64,000 nucleotides of DNA. It comes from an uncultured virus (IMG/VR IMGVR_UViG_3300015607_002134) (taxonomy: Duplodnaviria > Heunggongvirae > Uroviricota > Caudoviricetes). The position numbers were made by a program, and so were the translations under genes. Position 1 is the stretch's first letter, and the number at the start of each line of letters is the position of its first letter. Positions 60,656 through 64,000 of this stretch are shown here, in pieces. The DNA lies in IMG/VR virus record IMGVR_UViG_3300015607_002134, positions 1 through 64,000 of that record; one strand, written 5' to 3'. Under the pieces are notes generated by a model. That model did not search any database, was not told the DNA's origin, and worked only from the letters and a program-made list of their open reading frames with translations.

Positions 60656-61734
60656 ATTCCAAAATCATCTTTTATATCTTTTGTAACATCACCTAGTGTG
60701 TTAAAAGTTTCAGTTCTATTATTCTCAAAGTCACCGAAAACTGTATTGCCATAGTTTTGTCTTTCTACTCTAATTGGTGATTCCTTATAATATACCTTTA
60801 TAAAGTCAGAAAATCCTTCTGAATAACCACAAGAACCATATTCTATATCTATATAGTCTTTATTCTCATCGTAATTATATCTTAAGCTCGTAGACCAACT
60901 TTCGTCACTTTGTTTATCTAACTCTTTACTTATATTATCTAATGTGTATAGAAACTCAAGCAACTCGTCTGTATTTGATTCAAATTGCTTATCATATGCG
61001 TATTTCTTTAACTCCATTATTTTACCAATATATCCATTTCTTCTTAGTAGTTTGAAAACCAAATTACCAATTGAGTACTCACCACTCTCACTTTCCAATC
61101 CACTCTTTCTAAGGTCTTTTATTTTCTTCCAAACCTTATCGATTTTTTCTTTGAACGACTCATATTTATCCTCATCTACTTGTTCTTCTATATCATCAAC
61201 CTTATCCATTATGGATGTTGCTTTTTTAGAAATCATCTTTTCGTCTGGTTCGAAGTCCACTTTTTCTGGCTTTTTAATCCACTTGTTCTTCATCAATGAG
61301 AATACACCACCCATTCTTCCAGACTTTATACCTTCTTTCAAGTCATCTTCGTTCTGAATTGCCACTTCAACTTCATATCCCTTAATTGTTATGTCATGTC
61401 CTGAATTCCACATCTTCTTGGCATAGTCACATAGTTGTTCAACTAGTTCTAGGTTTTCATCAACATCTCTATAATCGATTATGATGTGTAAATCGTAGTC
61501 AGAGTATTGTTCTGACCAGTTATAGTTACATAATGATCCACATAGTGCAATATCAATAACATCTGCTTCTATATCAGTTGATTCATAGAAGTCTTGTGCT
61601 ATTTGTAATAAGTCTGTTCTAACCTCTTCTGATAATTCAAAGTTATCCCATAACTTAGGATTTAAGTTGTCTTTAATATAAAATGACTTTATAGGATCTA
61701 AGTCAGATTCCTTGAATTCGTAGAATTTTAACAT
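60652..61734 (-). CDS. Pol-beta-superfamily nucleotidyltransferase
   Basis: GSLCNYNWS..SDYDLH, YEVEV, NLVFKLLRRNGY; late motif at 61739-61747. Confidence 0.75.
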   Translation of the reverse strand: MLKFYEFKESDLDPIKSFYIKDNLNPKLWDNFELSEEVRTDLLQIAQDFYESTDIEADVIDIALCGSLCNYNWSEQYSDYDLHIIIDYRDVDENLELVEQLCDYAKKMWNSGHDITIKGYEVEVAIQNEDDLKEGIKSGRMGGVFSLMKNKWIKKPEKVDFEPDEKMISKKATSIMDKVDDIEEQVDEDKYESFKEKIDKVWKKIKDLRKSGLESESGEYSIGNLVFKLLRRNGYIGKIMELKKYAYDKQFESNTDELLEFLYTLDNISKELDKQSDESWSTSLRYNYDENKDYIDIEYGSCGYSEGFSDFIKVYYKESPIRVERQNYGNTVFGDFENNRTETFNTLGDVTKDIKDDFGI

Positions 61735-61757
61735 AGAGTATATATTAAAATGTTAAT

Positions 61758-62231
61758 TTATTTCTTGGTGAAGTATTTCTCTCTTAGCTCTTTTTTAGCT
61801 TTTGTGTAATACCAAGCATCAATAGCGTGTTGCTTTTGACCAAAGAAAAAGTTTAATAATTTGCTAAACTTCAAACCAAATTTATTTAACTTACCATCTA
61901 TTTGTAGTTTACCAACACTTGCTGATACTGACATATTTTTCTCAGTGAATGTTGTATTCTCCTCTGCTGTTAACATATCTTCCAATATTTCACCATTTAC
62001 ATTCCAAGCCAAATCAAGTGAGTATGCAATTTCATAAAACGCATGTCCTATTGCAGCTGAGAATCCATCTATTAGTCTCCACCAAAATTGGAAAAACGCA
62101 TACCATTTTTTGAAAGTTATTGATAACCATATCGAATAACCTAGTGAGTAAGCAGTACCTATTGTAAGCATTAAACAACTTACTATAATTGCCCATATTA
62201 GAGCCCATAAACCTTGAAATAGTTCTTTCAT
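61758..62231 (-). CDS. Membrane protein (start moved to 62231)
   Basis: MKELFQGLWALIWAIIVSCLML follows the upstream stop at 62233. Confidence 0.6.
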   Translation of the reverse strand: MKELFQGLWALIWAIIVSCLMLTIGTAYSLGYSIWLSITFKKWYAFFQFWWRLIDGFSAAIGHAFYEIAYSLDLAWNVNGEILEDMLTAEENTTFTEKNMSVSASVGKLQIDGKLNKFGLKFSKLLNFFFGQKQHAIDAWYYTKAKKELREKYFTKK

Positions 62232-62232
62232 A

Positions 62233-62490
62233 TTATTTATTTTTAAATTTTTTTGATGTTCCCGGAATAACTCTATCAGATGACATTGTTCCGGTGAACT
62301 CATAGTCAAAGTAGTCATCTACCTTTATTTTGAATTTTTTATTACCATCTGTTACATAAGCGCACCTAACGGTTGGGTCATAGTTTAGCTCTTTTATGAT
62401 TAATGGATCACCATCTTTGTCATATATGGTTTCACCAACTAATGTTTCTCTAAGAACCATTTCGAATATATTTGTCTTATACTTTGCCAT
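62233..62490 (-). CDS. Hypothetical protein
   Basis: ORF track. Confidence 0.55.
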   Translation of the reverse strand: MAKYKTNIFEMVLRETLVGETIYDKDGDPLIIKELNYDPTVRCAYVTDGNKKFKIKVDDYFDYEFTGTMSSDRVIPGTSKKFKNK

Positions 62491-62555
62491 AATTTATTAA
62501 GTCATATTTTGTAGATGTGTTTTAATCTCTGGCCAGAAATATTATCTATATATTT

Positions 62556-63263
62556 TTAGTTCAATCTTAAACTTTCTATTATACCATCTTTAATTGCCTG
62601 ATTTAAATATGGTTTTGTACTATTTGCTATCACATCTCTAAGTGGTTGTGTGTATCCATCTATAAATAGGCTAATCTCACTTTTAACGGATGTTAATAAG
62701 TCGAATGAATATAATTGACCTATATTAATTAATACATATGACTTTGCTTTAGATATAATATTAGTTCGTCTATCAATTCCTTCTTGTATTGATTCTTCTA
62801 ATGTGTAATACTTTACTGTATTTTTTATAAGACCAATACTATTATCACTAAGGTACCATCTAGATGATTGATTTCTATACTGCACTAAACCATTCGAATC
62901 TCTTATATATTCTCTGGTTTCATCTAATATTAAATTTGAATATGTGTGACCATCATAGAACTCATAATATTCAACTTTTGTTAATTCCCCAAATATTATT
63001 GTTCTTTTTTTGTGAAATCCAAGTATATCATAATCTATAATTGATGGATCTATGTAGGATCCTATCTTAAATTTCTTTTCAGTTATTTCCTCTCCATAAT
63101 TATACCCATTACTTATATAAAAAGCTTGATACTTATAAAGTGGTAAATTTGGATTATTAATATCACAAACAAGTACTAAATCGTCTTCATTGTAGGAACC
63201 ACCTTCAAAAACAATTAAGTTTGGATTACTCATCATTTGTTGATTTTTAGTTAAATTTATCAT
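62556..63263 (-). CDS. Hypothetical protein, possibly tail-associated
   Basis: Contiguous with the upstream minus-strand structural-type ORFs. Confidence 0.5.
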   Translation of the reverse strand: MINLTKNQQMMSNPNLIVFEGGSYNEDDLVLVCDINNPNLPLYKYQAFYISNGYNYGEEITEKKFKIGSYIDPSIIDYDILGFHKKRTIIFGELTKVEYYEFYDGHTYSNLILDETREYIRDSNGLVQYRNQSSRWYLSDNSIGLIKNTVKYYTLEESIQEGIDRRTNIISKAKSYVLINIGQLYSFDLLTSVKSEISLFIDGYTQPLRDVIANSTKPYLNQAIKDGIIESLRLN

Positions 63264-63265
63264 AA

Positions 63266-63433
63266 TTAGCTAATTATAATTGTTATTGATTCACCTCCAG
63301 CGGATGTGAAATCATAGTTAGGTCCATCAAGTGAATATGATATTATACTACCATTTACTGTCTGTGGAGTTTCTAATATAAATTCAGTTGTATCACCTGA
63401 AGCTGTTCCTCCGAAAATTATATCATCTATCAT
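63266..63433 (-). CDS. 55-aa ORF below the track cutoff
   Basis: MIDDIIFGGTASGDTTEFILETPQ...ITIIIS*, ATGA overlap with the upstream stop, fills the gap exactly. Confidence 0.55.
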   Translation of the reverse strand: MIDDIIFGGTASGDTTEFILETPQTVNGSIISYSLDGPNYDFTSAGGESITIIIS

Positions 63434-63999
63434 TGTTGAGTCAATAAAGCTTTTATTCTTACCCCACCAGGTAAAGATGATGCTGTATATCTAATGTAGT
63501 TTCCAACTGTGTCTTCTGTATCTAACCAAGCATTCCAAGAAGAACCATTATCAGAAGAATATTCCCATGTTCCGAAGGATGATGATGTTACATTGTCGTC
63601 TAGTATTAAAGATCCGGTTGTTGCGTTATATAGTCTAATTCTCATATTAGGAATGTTTGATCCCCATAATATTGATTGTCTCCATGCAAATATGTTTGAT
63701 GTAATACTTGAATTAGCTACTGATGGTTGATAATGACCATCAGTTGATTGATCCTCATATATTAGACTCAATCCCATTATCCTGGATGGTATACAAGTTG
63801 TTCCAATCACCTTAAATGATATAGCAAACTGTATTTCAGTTCCATTTACGCCAGATAAATCACCACTATCATCTAATAGATTCCAAGATCCTGAATTATC
63901 AGATATACCAGATGTTCTATAATAGACTCTATATGGTTCCGTCGCTAGTGAAAATGTATCTGTTCCTAATCTCTCAATATCATTTATATAAATATTATA
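63430..63999 (-). CDS. C-terminus of a Ser/Thr/Gly-rich virion-type protein, 5' end beyond the window
   Basis: Frame open to the window end; WEYSSDNGSSW Asp-box-like motif. Confidence 0.6.
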   Translation of the reverse strand, partial: YNIYINDIERLGTDTFSLATEPYRVYYRTSGISDNSGSWNLLDDSGDLSGVNGTEIQFAISFKVIGTTCIPSRIMGLSLIYEDQSTDGHYQPSVANSSITSNIFAWRQSILWGSNIPNMRIRLYNATTGSLILDDNVTSSSFGTWEYSSDNGSSWNAWLDTEDTVGNYIRYTASSLPGGVRIKALLTQQ

Positions 64000-64000
64000 T

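Noticed and set aside
1..64000. Genome-wide TAG reassignment (code 15)
   Set aside because: Core genes are intact under code 11 and several end properly at TAG; in-frame TAG was found only in the 35-37 kb operon.

Overview
AT-rich, gene-dense 64 kb segment of a large T4-like (myovirus-type) jumbo phage. Promoter and protein cues point to a Bacteroidota host. It holds the head and tail core (tube, 1318-aa sheath, gp26/gp25/gp15/gp4/gp2-like genes, portal, protease-scaffold fusion, major capsid), a gp55-like late sigma factor, clamp loader, Mre11-like nuclease, several homing endonucleases, a tmRNA and auxiliary enzymes. Main observations: (1) a minus-strand operon in which a leader peptide, a PTH2-like gene and an HD-domain gene all open with ATG-(1-3 codons)-TAG-ATT-AA in frame, with a terminator-like structured RNA inside the leader, suggesting an amber-readthrough-gated operon; (2) a terminase large subunit fractured by an atypically split intein around a free-standing Vsr-like endonuclease; (3) about 15 unrelated proteins sharing an N-terminal MKxxxxFxE peptide like the T4 capsid-targeting sequence; (4) degenerate paralogs of the capsid protein and prohead protease that share a second recurrent motif; (5) a non-canonical tmRNA. 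All family calls come from recognising motifs by eye; no searches were run.
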